Origin: a bacterium
Lineage (GTDB): Bacteria > SAR324 > NAC60-12
Assembly (NCBI GenBank): GCA_965205865.1
Contig: CBDBHR010000024.1
Coordinates: forward strand, 155,648 to 219,647
DNA length: 64,000 bases
Direction: 5' to 3'
Position 1 is the first letter of the stretch, and each line of letters opens with the position of its first letter. Positions 11,401 to 21,215 of the stretch are shown piece by piece. The position numbers and the translations under genes were made by a program. Under the pieces are notes generated by a model. It made no database searches, was not told where the DNA came from, and saw only the letters and a list, made by a program, of their open reading frames with translations.

Positions 11401-11746
11401 GCATTCTCCGGGCGGCATGGTAATTTAATCCGATTTTTTCTGATAATTGTTGAGCCGTCGTCTCCCCATTGCATGCAGCCACATAATAAATCCCCCAAAA
11501 CCAGTAACGCAGCGGAGTCCGAGTCCGGTGCATCAGAGTTCCCGCGATTAGCGAAGTCTGGTGTTTACAATTTCTGCATTGCAGTATTTGACGTTTTTTC
11601 AGGGCATCGTATCGGTGACTACCGCAGACTGAGCACACATAACCGGCTGGCCAACGGAGGTGGGAGAGGTGATTGCGGCAGACTTCATCGTTCGAAAAAA
11701 GCTTTTGGATCTCATGAAAGGAATGGGCTTGAGTTGTTTCATCCAT
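5435..11746 (-). CDS. Giant sigma54-dependent activator: IS1595-type Zn ribbon/HTH, pseudokinase, P-loop NTPase, helical repeats, GAF, PAS, sigma54 AAA+, Fis HTH
   Basis: Motifs in order: [25 protein letters not shown] and [12 protein letters not shown] and [69 protein letters not shown]. The likely start is ATG 11746 after GGAG. Confidence 0.92.
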   Translation of the reverse strand: MDETTQAHSFHEIQKLFSNDEVCRNHLSHLRWPAGYVCSVCGSHRYDALKKRQILQCRNCKHQTSLIAGTLMHRTRTPLRYWFWGIYYVAACNGETTAQQLSEKIGLNYHAARRMLGKIHEIEKNQGFLGDLLKSFKISQWSKEEISTGQGMETHPRPVKELFPLLEQTIPARKKPDIPGYSLEEVILESSRTRLWRGRRLRDGLLVLIKGPASSEQSAQEQAEIRHEHEITRDLEIDGVLRSEELAQYEKGWALILENTEGLPLRKLMDASRLDLPDSLKVAVSLTGTLEEVHRQGILHKMINPFNIFVDPASGTVKLSGFGLATRLPRENSTTLSPQLTGETLPYISTEQSGRMNRPLDYRSDFYSLGVTLYELFSGRVPFHSREAMEIIHAHIARQPVPLEQITPQVPKTLSRLVMKLMAKRAEARYQSHSGLSADLLACVEQLENQGSLSDFPLGRHDMPKELQIAPGLYGREDEITALEAALERVSQGATEMVLVSGTAGVGKTALVGEIHRSIAQKNGFFISGKFDQLRHNIPYSALIQALRGLIREVSVANKSGMERWKSRIRAALGPNGQLVTRVIPELELMIGPQPPLPEMGALESRNRFTAVLLEFIDLFCEKTHPLVIFLDDLQWVDADTLKLVEQIAQDPERKPLLFLGAYRDNEVEADHRLMISSEVIKKSGLPAKTIPLKPLNRDHISQLLVHTCHCRPEEANPLAEALERKTGGNPFFVSQFLTVLSEKDLIGYSPEEKRWTWELAAIEFLAVTENVVELLIDRLHRFSSETRRLLSLAACIGNTFDLESLELISGAGSGEIYENLLPALENGLILGFSQVPQPDDPTAESTAEGGGYKFLHDRVQQAAYALIAQKERKPVHLRIGQTLLKQYAPEESDALLFDIVHHLNLARRVKDKWKERLHLAELNLEAGRQARAASAFEQALEYFTIGLELSGAAAWKRHYPLTLSLHEEATEMSSLCGRFELMEKLAGAVKDNTREDLDQANVYRCRIKAYTTRGELKKAMETGEEILEKLGCNLTHLSLDQWQQTLVQIKSSLAGKSVEEVMRFEPLTQPHAEILVPILYRLHTAYGEAGVTLDDGLWQPIALKRISLLLNHFHPEYSPEFYCLLGLNYCRFMQDFEFGYELGRLGMQLMEALALKKINCRVSRVFNLSIRFYREPLSASLEPLLEAHKMGIETGDFYNAGISAVARCRIAFMCGKELNWLKGELSTLKLALEKIDYIIGSPQVEMLTKAVTILMEEPSSLSSGIMDQFHRVTGAEFVYHEQSSFNYQKLVLQTLFEEYEAARETVFEMINLMKTYKDALVDPLANCYLSLALLAVCDQGSEGEKEETLTRVHDNQDTLEKLARSAPPNYLHKHHLVEAERLRVLDGEPDTIMYHYDQAIALAGESEYIHEEALANELAARYLLNQGQNDAARSYLRAAMEQYEAWGAKRKVAHLKSRYPGLIADDHIEVAPPSANLDLATMLKASEAISGTLELEPLLVILLRILMENAGAQTATLLLETEGQSLIAARGSAEQVECFLPLSLPVEKAFSLSLSVISWVKQTREHLVLDNASREERFAEDDYIKRERIKSILCAPITHQSALTGIIYLENNLVEGAFTPRRLEVIKHLTSQIAISLENARLHENLKRTEAEYRGIFENATEGIYRTSQDGRFLSANPAMARIFGYSSPEELMASITDVGHQLYVYPERRHQFLDLIRHRRPVSDFEVEFFRKDGSTFWASLHARPVYDETDALRFIEGILSDVTEQKNRMEALHEENVRLRSNIKERYRFGKIIGKSPVMQEIYELILKAAASDVGVIVYGESGTGKELVAEAIHEMSDRKEKPFVPVNAGGVAETLLESEFFGYKKGAFTGANTDKPGLLHLADKGTLFLDELGEIGPNLQAKLLRAIEGGGFTPVGGLKAETSDFRIIAATNKDLKQQVKKGLIREDFFYRIHIIPIHLPPLRKRKEDIPLLIEHFMQNHPSSNNLPKITIRVMEALTSYDWPGNVRELINTMHRYLTLKKLDFLDTSLIDDSLTEPPVSIEERETNEPLDATMKRLEKLYLTKVLEDNDWHQGKVSTLLGVDPKTLYRKIKQYHLKPS

Positions 11747-11845
11747 TTTGCGCTCCCACATCTGAGATGGTTTAATGAACACTCAGGGATGAGCTTGATC
11801 TGTTTCATCCACTTGGCGCTTCCACATCTAAGATGGTTTAATGAA
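11720..11845. repeat. Diverged 66-bp-period tandem duplication spanning the activator start
   Basis: TGTTTCATCCATTTTGCGCTCCCACATCTGAGATGGTTTAATGAA (11735-11779) versus TGTTTCATCCACTTGGCGCTTCCACATCTAAGATGGTTTAATGAA (11801-11845). Confidence 0.9.
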
Positions 11846-12006
11846 AACTTTTGATTGTAAATTTTAGATTGGTATAACCTTTCAGATGATTTAACGCAAG
11901 AAAAATTATACTTCTTCCATCACAGAAACTTCATCTCTACTACGAAATAATCCGCCCGAGGAGAGATGAGATGATAAACTGCTTTCCAAAATATTAAGGA
12001 TATCCG

Positions 12007-12099
12007 TTAACGCAGCTCAATCTTTCTTTCAGAACTGGCGTTTTCCCTAAAGATCCAGTTTGGTGGCCAATCGTCATCTTTATGTTCCTCAATCCAGAT
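12007..12099 (-). pseudogene. Possible remnant of a DUF4160-type C-terminus
   Basis: Reads IWIEEHKDDDWPPNWIFRENASSERKIELR*, resembling the WxExHxxE..NW..KIEPL* ending. Short and degraded. Confidence 0.3.
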
Positions 12100-12250
12100 T
12101 CATCAAATCGATACGAGTCGATGGTTGATTATAATGAAATTTATTTAGTAAAATAACCTCAAAAATAAAGTTAGACTATAATCATTGACCATAGTCTTCA
12201 TTTATATTAAATTTGAAAAATCAATAACCATTTTAGAGAGGAGATTAAGA

Positions 12251-12505
12251 ATGGAAAATGAATTGGAGGTGATCGCTATTTCAGAATTCAAGGCTACCTG
12301 TTTGAAGGTTTTAGAACAAGTACGAAGGACCGGGGATTCCGTATTAATAACCCGTAGAGGAGACCCGATTGCTCTCATTTCTCCTCCCCCGCCACAAGAA
12401 AAACCGTCGTCGTGGTTAGGGATGTTTCAGGGGCAAGGGAAAATCGAGGGAGATATTGTTTCCCCAATATTGGATGAAACAGAATGGGAGGTTTTAAAAA
12501 AATGA
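12251..12505 (+). CDS. Phd/YefM family antitoxin
   Basis: IAISEFKATCLKVLEQV..VLITRRGDPIA, GAGGAG RBS, ATGA overlap with the toxin. Confidence 0.9.
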   Translation: MENELEVIAISEFKATCLKVLEQVRRTGDSVLITRRGDPIALISPPPPQEKPSSWLGMFQGQGKIEGDIVSPILDETEWEVLKK

Positions 12506-12900
12506 AGTTTCTGCTCGATACCCATATTTTTTTGTGGAGTATATTGGAACCCAGCAAACTTTCAAAACAAGTCACAGATGTTCTGGAAAACGCATCAAAT
12601 GAATTTTGGCTATCACCCATTACGACTTGGGAAATCATGATCATGGCTGAGAAAAACCGAATCACTTTGGATGGCTCCAACCCTTCCGAATGGATAAAAA
12701 AAGTTTACTCCAGGATTCCATTCAAAGAAGCTCCCTTGAACCATGAAATCGCTCTGCAAAGCCGCCTGCTGGATTTACCCCATCAAGATCCGGCCGATCG
12801 TTTTCTCGTGGCAACAGCATTGATCTATAACCTGATTTTCATCACTGCTGATCACTCAATCCTTTCCTGCAAACAGATCAGGATCCTGCCAAATGAGTGA
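12502..12900 (+). CDS. vapC: VapC (PIN domain) toxin
   Basis: LLDTHIFLW, SPITTWEI, HQDPADRFLVATA, LIFITAD. Confidence 0.92.
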   Translation: MKFLLDTHIFLWSILEPSKLSKQVTDVLENASNEFWLSPITTWEIMIMAEKNRITLDGSNPSEWIKKVYSRIPFKEAPLNHEIALQSRLLDLPHQDPADRFLVATALIYNLIFITADHSILSCKQIRILPNE

Positions 12901-13064
12901 TAAATCATCTATCGGTATTTCATTCATAATATGGTTTTAATATGCCGTCTTTTAATACTTTGACTGACTATTGAACTTCTTGCCTGATGCCTAAGTCGCC
13001 TAGTTCTTTTTCCTAAACGGCTTGAAGAATTTGGCTCCCCTGTGAGCCATGAAAGCGTCAAGGA

Positions 13065-13320
13065 CTAAATCCCTGTTTCCAGCTGGAATCTCCCCCTCGC
13101 CAAAGATTTTCCCTGGTCTAGCGTCCGATTTCATCTGGGGATGATTGATCGAGATCCCTTGGTTCAACAAAGTCAATGGTTTGGGAGCCCTGACGATTGG
13201 AAGGAGTATCTCAAGGAGGAGTTCCATCATTTAGAAAGATTTCGAGATCATTTTCGGACGGGTCGCCCCTTAGGAGATGACCATTTTTAGAAAGGCGGAA
13301 GCCATGACCAAACGAGACAA
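13065..13320 (+). pseudogene. C-terminal remnant of a REP-associated (Y1/IS200-like) tyrosine transposase
   Basis: AKDFPWSSVRFHLG..DPL..DWKEYL..RDHFRTGRPLGDDHF*, preceded by a degraded NPVxAG-like segment. Confidence 0.65.
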
Positions 13321-13640
13321 GTCATGAATTGCTTTGATCAGCCAATTTTTTACCAAAATTGCTTTATCATCCATAAATACGTTTCCCCCTCTGCAATATT
13401 TGATATTCTAAGGCAGCAGGAACCTCTGAAAATTTATTAACTTCTTTTCGAGTTTTTACCAAAATATCTAAAGGATAGGGAATATCTCTGAGGAGACGAT
13501 AAGCCAGGGAGGCCCTCATGGTCGGTGACAGTTCACTATTTTTTACAATCACTAATAAATCCAAATCACTGTCTTGATTTGGATTTCCTCATACATGAGA
13601 GCCAAAGAAAAATATTTGCTCCGGACAGTTTGAACTTCAA
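13315..13640 (-). pseudogene. Decayed MNT (minimal nucleotidyltransferase)-HEPN pair
   Basis: PEQIFFFGSHV*GNPNQDSDLDLLV has an in-frame TGA at 13589-13591. An overlapping HEPN start MDDKAILVKNWLIKAIHDL (ATG 13374) is cut off by the RAYT remnant. Confidence 0.75.
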
Positions 13641-13769
13641 CAATTTGCTAAGGCTGCTTAAATGCTGCCTCTGTCGGGCAAGGGATCAACGATCCCCTGC
13701 ACCCCAAGTTAACCTCTGGTGATGGTTGGTAATTGAAAGAGAATATTGCTTTACAAATGTCCATGTGCT

Positions 13770-14340
13770 TGCTCAACTCAATGTCCTCATATTTGGTATT
13801 CAAGGGATGCGGCACCCTGGTTTATCCATACTTCTTCAATTGTTTGAACGTTGCTTCCCACTCTTCATTACAAACAACAACATAGTCATTGTGCTCCGCT
13901 TTGAGATAAGGATTAATCACAATAATGTCTTCCTGATGAAATTCCGGTTCCATGCTATTTCTCCGAACCCGCAAAGCAAACGTGCCTTTGGAATCGGTCT
14001 CCATAAGCTTCCAATCCTCCTGTTGAGAATTTGTACATTCTCTCCAATGGCCAGCCTGTGTCCAGGTAAGGATAGGGATTTGTTTAATCCTACCTTTTTG
14101 TTCTGGTTCATTCTGAACAGCAAGATAGCCCGTTTCTCTGAGAAACTCTTCAATTTCGATGCGATAGGTGTCCAAGAATCCCATCACCATGTCAGAAGAC
14201 GGCACACTGCTGCCATTTTCTACATCGGCAGCCTGGGAATCACAGGGTCTCGCCAGATCTATTTACCAGTTGAAGTTCAAAAATTAATGGGAAACACCGG
14301 CAGCATTCGTTGCCAACTTTTAGGTTAATTTTTCCGAGCG
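13770..14340 (-). pseudogene. CI/LexA-like repressor (XRE HTH + S24 peptidase), degraded
   Basis: IPILTWTQAG, FALRVRRNSMEPEF, EATFKQLKKYG* then HPLNTKYEDIEL after the stop. The N-terminal HTH is broken. Boundaries are approximate. Confidence 0.7.
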
Positions 14341-14365
14341 ATGATCAAGGAACGCCTGATCACTC

Positions 14366-15307
14366 CTAATGTGCGCCGGTTCTGCATCGCAGAGACCATA
14401 TAATGAGGCGAATCAAACGCGTTTTCCGAGAAGGGGGGAGAAGAGCTTTTTGGGCACGGATATCCACCTTTGCCATTTCTTTTAAAAATTTCCCATGAGC
14501 GCTTTGAGCTTTCTTCAATAGGGTTTTGTAATGTTTTTTTCGCTTCGTTTTACTGTCCTTTTTACCTGTCTCAAAAGCCATCATCTTAGAGAGCTTATTC
14601 ATCTCCTTGATGAGGAAATCAAAATTTCTTTCACTGATCTCAGCGATTCCAAATGTATCAAGGGAACGCCCTCGATGGTAGCTTCGCTCCACGAGACGAG
14701 TCAATATCGACGAATCAGTAGGCCAAGCTGTATTTCCTTTTACAGAGGTGCTATCCAGTTTTAAAATATCAAAATCGTCCAACTCTTCATCGAGAACCAT
14801 TCGAATTTGAGCATCGAAAATAAACTGTCTGCTCTCGTTGCTGACAGCATTGACATTATCAAGGATTGTACTCGCTCCCGGCATTTTCAATCCACGGTTG
14901 AGCAGAAGCAGATGCAGTGTGATTGACTCTGAAAGAAATATTTGGGCCGTTTGGGATTTGATACTTCCTAAATATCCCCGAATCATCATAAAAAGGTAGA
15001 CTAAAAAAGCCGACATCCGAGGACACCCTATTTCCAGCCTCAGTTCTTCCGGCTTCAATTCCTCATCTTCTACGGGAAGATGAGGAAGCCATGGATTCCG
15101 GGCTTCCTGCCATCGTTTATCCTCTAAACGCTCTTTCTTTTTATTTCTTGCGTATTTCTCCAAATCCTGTTCAATTTTGTCCAATATCTCCGGCTCTCGC
15201 TCAGACAATTGATCAAGTTCTGATAAGAAATTTTCAAATTCTGTATCAGGAGCGCTTAAAAAAAGATGTTTTTCTGCTCGAATGAATGGTTTCATTTTGG
15301 GTGCCAT
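14366..15307 (-). mobile_element. ISNCY/IS5-like DDE transposase, C-terminally truncated
   Basis: GCPRMSA, then LDSTSVKGNTAWPTDSSIL (first catalytic Asp region). Later DDE motifs are missing. Confidence 0.7.
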
Positions 15308-15404
15308 AATTCTTAATATTGAAGTTATTCACAGTTATTTCAATGAATTATGGCACTTTTTAACCTCAAGTTTAAAGATATAATTCTAAAAAATACCTTT
15401 TCGG

Positions 15405-17915
15405 CTAGGATCTAGCTACCTGCTCAAGCCAAGCATCCGCATCCTTTATCATCAACATGCGACACGAGATTTGCAATAGGCATTCTTCGAGCCACTTCAA
15501 GAAATCTAATCTTTCAGCGGCAGTCTTTAAATCGAGGTTGGCTGGGTGCATCACCTCAACTCGGCTGTTATCGTCATCGGGGAAACTGATCTGTGGAGTC
15601 CCTTTTGACTGAGCAGACGGGATGAGGACAATGCTTATGCGCTCATGAATTGGGGTCACATCAGACTCGATACTCGTGGATAGGAATGCTTCCAAAGTAC
15701 TAAGGAGGGATTCTGCAATACCAAAGGAGGTTTCATTGTTGGGAGTCTCGACAACGAATTTCGATCCGAGGATAGTTGACTTCAGCATACTGGTCTCCCC
15801 AACTACCAGCATCGGTTGAGAAGTAATGTCTTTGGCTGCCGGTTGATCTTGCCACTGCTCAAAGAAACGCTGAACAGTCCTTGCATCCATGCCATCCTCA
15901 AAGAATCCTTCTTCACGAAGAGCCTGTTCATGACCAAGGACGAACAGCAACGCAATTCGAGCGAAGTCCAGCCCTAGCCGCTGTAACGTACCAGGCAGGC
16001 GTGTTACGCTTGAAAGTGCCTCCATGGGAACGTTCAGGATGTGAATACCAAGTAACTGTTCCTGCATCTGTCTTTCTTCGACGTAGGCTTTCAACCGATC
16101 TTCAGGTAGGTCAAGTTGTTGCGCTACGAAATCTGCAAAGGTTATCGCTTCTAAACTGTGGGGAATACGTCCCAGCCTCAGTTCGGTCCATGCAAGCCAT
16201 TTCAAGGCAGACAATGTTGCAGGAATCATCTGTCCCAGTTCAACAAACATTGCCAAAGTCAGATCAGCCGCCGCCAGAGCCTTACTTCGAGCGGCCCATA
16301 GGAGTCCTGCGCGTTCAAAGGCATAACTCATGCAAAAAAGGGCCTTAACAAGCTCTCTACGATATTCCTTCTTTATCAAAAGCTTCTCGGCGCGGCCGAG
16401 CCATCGGATTGCTTCATAGGGTTTTTCTAACCTTATTTTCTGGATGGCCCGCCCGACGTAGGCTTTCCCGGCTTCACCCTCGCTGCGTCGTTCTCTCATG
16501 GTATTTGCCAATTTTTCGTAGAGCGCGTCGAATGCAGGACCATCAACATATTCGCCAAGTTCTCTAACGAGGTCGAATAGATGCTCTAACGAATACGCGC
16601 CCAAGCCCTCTGACTTGTCAATAACTTCTGCTAATTCACGACAACCATCTTCCATCTTATCGAATTTACTATCATGGTAAGCGCGAGTCGTTCGCATCAG
16701 AATCGAGTTCGTACGTGCTTGGAGGGCATTGTTGGGTCGTGTAGAGTCAGCCATTATAGCATTCAACTTCGTGGTCAAGCGCTGCGAGCGGGATTCGATC
16801 TTGGCATCCTGAGCTTGTATCCGACCAGCAGCCATCGAAGGTAATAACAGCATCCAAAGATTTAGAAGAAGGCCGACATCGTGGGAAAGAACTGACTCTT
16901 CCACGCGCTGTTCGACATCTTCGTATAATTGACTGAATTCGGTATAGTCCGCGTACCACCAGAAGGTTGTCCAAGCACGATTGTAAGCAATTCGTAATCG
17001 CTGCTGGTTATGGTTCAAGTCTTGAGTCAGTCGCTCCGCCTGCATGAAGCGCCTCTCGACCTCACTACGCGATCGGTCGAGTCCCCTGGCCAAGATCGCG
17101 CTACGCAGACAGTCCTCAACCAACTGATAGCGCGCACCCTGATAACGTGCTGGGTCAGCAATTTGCTTATCCAGCCTCTCAAGTTCTTCAATCCTTGCAG
17201 TGTCTCGAGGACCTGTTCGGGTTTTCCTTTCTTTTTGTATATTTTCAACGCCCAATGCCGCAAAGTAAGTTTCCATGTATTGGTTGTCGGACTCGTAAAC
17301 TTTCTCCTTGATCCAGGCGCGGTCGATGATGTGTACGGGAATACCCACGTTCTTTGAGAGCGTGTCTTCATGGATTGACCGATCCCTGTCGCTGACAAAT
17401 TAATTGGTAAAAAAGTAGACTAGCTTGTAATCGCGGTCAGTGGAGAGGATACTTTTTACATCGGCCTTAATCTTCGGCTTCCATTCCTTCTTGGCGCTAA
17501 AGGCGAAGGCCCAACGTTCCGTTCCAGCCGATGGCGAACCGATCCACCACCGCTCGGTGATCTCCTCGGCGACTGGATAGGTTTCGGTGTCAACCTTACT
17601 GTCACCGCCACCTGTGGGTCCGGTCTGGACGCGAAGATTCGGACAGATTTCCTTTTCTGCCAGTTTCCGGCAAAAGTGCTCGAACTGGTACTCCTGTTTG
17701 CGGCTGGTCAGCGTGCACAGATGGTATTCGAACACTTCCTTCGGGAGCCGAGAGACATCATCGACTTGCGTGTCAGAGAAAAGGTCTGGATGGCGAACTC
17801 GCATCAGGTCACTGGGATTGGGTATGTTTCGGCTGGATAAAGCCTGATCGTCTATATCACTTGAAGCGCTAAGATGACGGTCAATTTTTGCATTATTTAT
17901 TTTCTCTGTAGACAT
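15405..17915 (-). pseudogene. Large protein with an N-terminal restriction-endonuclease-like domain and helical (TPR-like) repeats; one nonsense codon, C-terminus probably cut by the IS
   Basis: ORFs 17400-17915 and 15405-17348 are in the same frame, separated only by TAA (FFTN*FVSDRDR). FEHFCRKL...GGGDSKVD...FSAKK resembles an Mrr-like PD-(D/E)xK core. Confidence 0.65.
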
Positions 17916-18103
17916 TTGTGGTAATCTTTCCTTGTAAAGATTGAATTCTCTATATCACAATTACAGTAGGGTAAAAAATTTAGAAAAAATATATTACGAT
18001 TCAAACAGAATTACAAGAGAAATATTTGCAATTACTTTTTAATTGATTGACTTTATTACTATTAACTGTAATGATTCGAAACCTTGTATCCCAATCATAA
18101 ATG

Positions 18104-18160
18104 TGTCATTCCAAAAGAATGTGAGGAATCTTAAGGATCTCTCCATGCGGTCGGGAGACA
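18104..18160. repeat. Degenerate GTCATT...GAC palindromic repeat element
   Basis: TGTCATTCC...GAGGAATCT...GATCTCTCC..CGGTCGGGAGACA. It is the same general class as 35302-35382. Confidence 0.45.
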
Positions 18161-18289
18161 CTGAGGGTTATAGCCTGTTGAACCAATACATTTTCCACTA
18201 ACAGGAGAGACAAAGGAATCTGTAGATTCTTGAGGACCGGTACCCTATGAAAGAGGAGCAAACGTAAGATCCCTTTTGGCTAAACAACA

Positions 18290-18545
18290 CACTTGGCTAA
18301 GGAAACTTTGATCATGGCAATACAAATCATGTTTTCGGAAATGTATGTGAGGGTTCCCGCACAATCGATACGATGATATTGTGGGAGGATTTCAAAATCT
18401 TTGGCTGATCATCTGAATCCCCCGAACCAAGCGAGTGTTTGCTCAATAGTAACGGATTTATTGGTTGCAAGGACTTTCAAGTGTAAAAGGATACCTGAAG
18501 AGTCGATGCTGATACGGCGTCTACGCCCTTTGACTTTTCCTCCTC
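18290..18545 (-). pseudogene. Internally deleted IS5-family transposase remnant
   Basis: GGKVKGRRRRISIDSSGILL, IEQTLAWFGGFR*SAKDFEILP and SENMICIAMI match the IS5 motifs KVKGRKRH, VERTFAW and KDYE. Confidence 0.65.
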
Positions 18546-18626
18546 AATAATTCCAAATCCTCTTGCCAGACCCTTCTTTGATTTCATCGGCGATAATGAT
18601 CGTAAACGGTTTGCCAGGGAGGAAAA

Positions 18627-21185
18627 TCATGGGAGGGCATTCTCCAGGATTTCAGCATCCAGACGAGAACGAAAATCTACCAGGTTCTTCTCGCGAAGCT
18701 TTTTAGAAAAACCCGGATAGTCTCGTGGTGTCAGCATATTGAATTGATAGGACACGTCTTTTCCTGAATCACTCAACCAATTGTTCAACCGCTCAAAATG
18801 TGCGGTTGCGTATTCATATTTTTTGACGTTTTCTTGTGAGGGCTCACCAATTTCCGAATCATCCTTGATTTCAACAACAAAAACCCATTTACCTTGTTTT
18901 ATAAAAAAATCAGGACTGAACATACCGCGCTTGATATGTGGCGCCCCTTTTTTCCTGCTCGTCGTCTTGGAGCAGGCATACTCAATGAAATAAAAACCCA
19001 TCGCCGTATTTTTTATCCAGCAATCAATGGTTTTAGCATTTTTGGAGTTACATAATTTCCGTACAAACCGACGCTCCGGATTGCTATCGGCGATTACAAG
19101 ATTTACAGAGGTCTTGAAATCATAGTCATTGGAGATGGAGACAGTATTTGCGGTATATTCGCCGTCTTGATCCGTTAATTCATGAAAGAAATCCTTCTGT
19201 TCCCGAGGTAGATATGATTCACAGTCAGAACGAGAAAATACGAATTTATCTCTACGTAACTCAGCAGCACTGCAACTGTCCTTTTGACGATCTTTTGTGC
19301 TCATTTTAACCAGAGCTTTTGCCGAAGTATCATAAGACACTCGCCGAGACACCCTGCGTCGCAATATCCCAAGCGATTGAAGAAATTTTTGTCGCGCCTC
19401 TTCCGGTATTCTATCCTCGTCAATTTGAGCTCGTTTAGCCGATTCTCTCACGACTTTCTCCAACCAGGTTGTCGAATAACGAGCGATATATTGAGTGCGT
19501 TTTTCAGGGTCGTTTTCGGAAGCGGTTTCCCTGTCTACCGCTTCCAAAGCTTGGTGCATATGTCCGGCGATTGCCGTCGCTGTAAAGGTCGTGTGCTTGA
19601 TCGTTAACGTCTCTTCTCTTCTCTTGCCTCCAACCCTGTCGAATTGTATTTGCGCCGGTTCTTCTGCCAAGAGTGAAGGTAATTCAATATGACCACGCTC
19701 GAACAGGTTGAACTCATCACTCGTTTTCACATCCGTAGAGGATTTATTTTTTTCATAGTCCAGGTTGTATAATTCAAAGTGATAATCGGACTGGGGTAAA
19801 GCCAACGATGAGACACGTTTTTCTATTTCTAAAATTTTATCGACCAGACTTTTAATGCGAGGCGCCCAAGCGTCATGATTGAAAACGGTAACGACGGGCG
19901 GCGGCCCTTTCCATTGTTCGGGAATTCTCAAACCTCGCCCGAGAACCTGGGCGATAAGGAGTTTGCTGTTAAAGGCGCGTTCCTCATGCGGAATGATTTG
20001 GAATTCGTTCTTGACGTCCCAGCCCTCGGTCAACATGGAAACTGATATAATCCACTCCGCTTTGGATTGTGAACTGTCCACTGTTCTCAACCGCGCCACA
20101 TTCAGTTGGTGTTTATTGGATGAAGTAACAGCAATGACTTTCTCTTTTGCTTGCTTTGCCGAAATTTTTTCCTTCTCCTGTAAATAAGCCCTTAGTTCAT
20201 CCGCAACGTCGTCGCACTTGTTGATGGTATTGGTAACGATAATGGTCAATGGGCGAATTCCTTGCTTGCTCAAATTTCTGAGACCGTTAATATGTCTCTG
20301 GTATATCAACTGCCATTTCTCATCAGGGTCATGCAATGTCGGAGCTTCTGCAACGTATTCAACATCTTTTACCTTGCGTTCCTCTATCGCCTGACGCAGT
20401 GAATAGCGGTAGACCACATCTGCAAAATATTGATTTTTATGGTAGCAAGTGCCGGAAACCCCGACTATCCGTTTGAATCCAAACTCTTCTTCCATCAAAA
20501 ATTTTTTCCATTTGCGAAGATCACCTGGAGCAGAAGCAACATGATGCGTTTCATCATTGAGAACAAGTGTTCTTTTCCCTTTACCGAGCAAGATGTCCCG
20601 TATTGATGATTTCACGTGCTTCAAAACCGCATGATAGTTCTCTACACAGATGGAACCTTTGACAATTGTCTGCGAAGCGTTAATCACTTGCGGAGAAACA
20701 TACTTGGCATCCATTGGCATTGCAGACTGCAAATCGGCATCTGCGGCAAGAGTTTTGAACTTGTCAGTCAGCCCACGTTCAATCGTATTAGAGGGGCAAA
20801 TGGTTAAAACCTGATCTATCAAATCTTCGGCAAGCAAAATCGCCGCAATACCATAAAGGACGTAACTCTTACCGGTTCCTGTTGCAAGATCGAGGGAACA
20901 GGAAAGCAGTCCGGGAAATTGCAGTTTACTCTCCATAGCCTCCCAGGAACCGTATACCTCTTCCAGCTTCGGATTCTCATTAAAATTTTCACGGGCCAAA
21001 GCCTGCAGATTTTCATACCTGTTCCCCGCCAGAAAACGCAGAGTGGTAAATATCGCTTCTTTCTGGTACTCGCGGTCGGCACAAAGCTCATCCACAAAAG
21101 CATCATATTTGCCTTCATCCCATACGTTAGGGTCGATATGGCCAGACACTTTCAGAACCAGATCTTCATTTCGTATTTTACTCAC
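18627..21185 (-). CDS. res: Type III restriction enzyme Res subunit (SF2 helicase + PD-(D/E)xK nuclease)
   Basis: LATGTGKS, NDETHH, MLTEGWDV, QVLGRGLR, C-terminal PDFFIK..VVEIK. Adjacent to mod. Confidence 0.88.
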   Translation of the reverse strand: MSKIRNEDLVLKVSGHIDPNVWDEGKYDAFVDELCADREYQKEAIFTTLRFLAGNRYENLQALARENFNENPKLEEVYGSWEAMESKLQFPGLLSCSLDLATGTGKSYVLYGIAAILLAEDLIDQVLTICPSNTIERGLTDKFKTLAADADLQSAMPMDAKYVSPQVINASQTIVKGSICVENYHAVLKHVKSSIRDILLGKGKRTLVLNDETHHVASAPGDLRKWKKFLMEEEFGFKRIVGVSGTCYHKNQYFADVVYRYSLRQAIEERKVKDVEYVAEAPTLHDPDEKWQLIYQRHINGLRNLSKQGIRPLTIIVTNTINKCDDVADELRAYLQEKEKISAKQAKEKVIAVTSSNKHQLNVARLRTVDSSQSKAEWIISVSMLTEGWDVKNEFQIIPHEERAFNSKLLIAQVLGRGLRIPEQWKGPPPVVTVFNHDAWAPRIKSLVDKILEIEKRVSSLALPQSDYHFELYNLDYEKNKSSTDVKTSDEFNLFERGHIELPSLLAEEPAQIQFDRVGGKRREETLTIKHTTFTATAIAGHMHQALEAVDRETASENDPEKRTQYIARYSTTWLEKVVRESAKRAQIDEDRIPEEARQKFLQSLGILRRRVSRRVSYDTSAKALVKMSTKDRQKDSCSAAELRRDKFVFSRSDCESYLPREQKDFFHELTDQDGEYTANTVSISNDYDFKTSVNLVIADSNPERRFVRKLCNSKNAKTIDCWIKNTAMGFYFIEYACSKTTSRKKGAPHIKRGMFSPDFFIKQGKWVFVVEIKDDSEIGEPSQENVKKYEYATAHFERLNNWLSDSGKDVSYQFNMLTPRDYPGFSKKLREKNLVDFRSRLDAEILENALP

Positions 21186-21215
21186 AACCTATTCCTCATT
21201 GCTTTGCTTCCCTTT

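Noticed and set aside
11735-11845. Direct repeat as a possible CRISPR array
   Set aside because: There are only two diverged copies, similarity extends through the would-be spacer, and no cas genes are present.
13726-14328. 200-aa plus-strand ORF
   Set aside because: It is antisense to the S24 repressor pseudogene, which has clear motifs.
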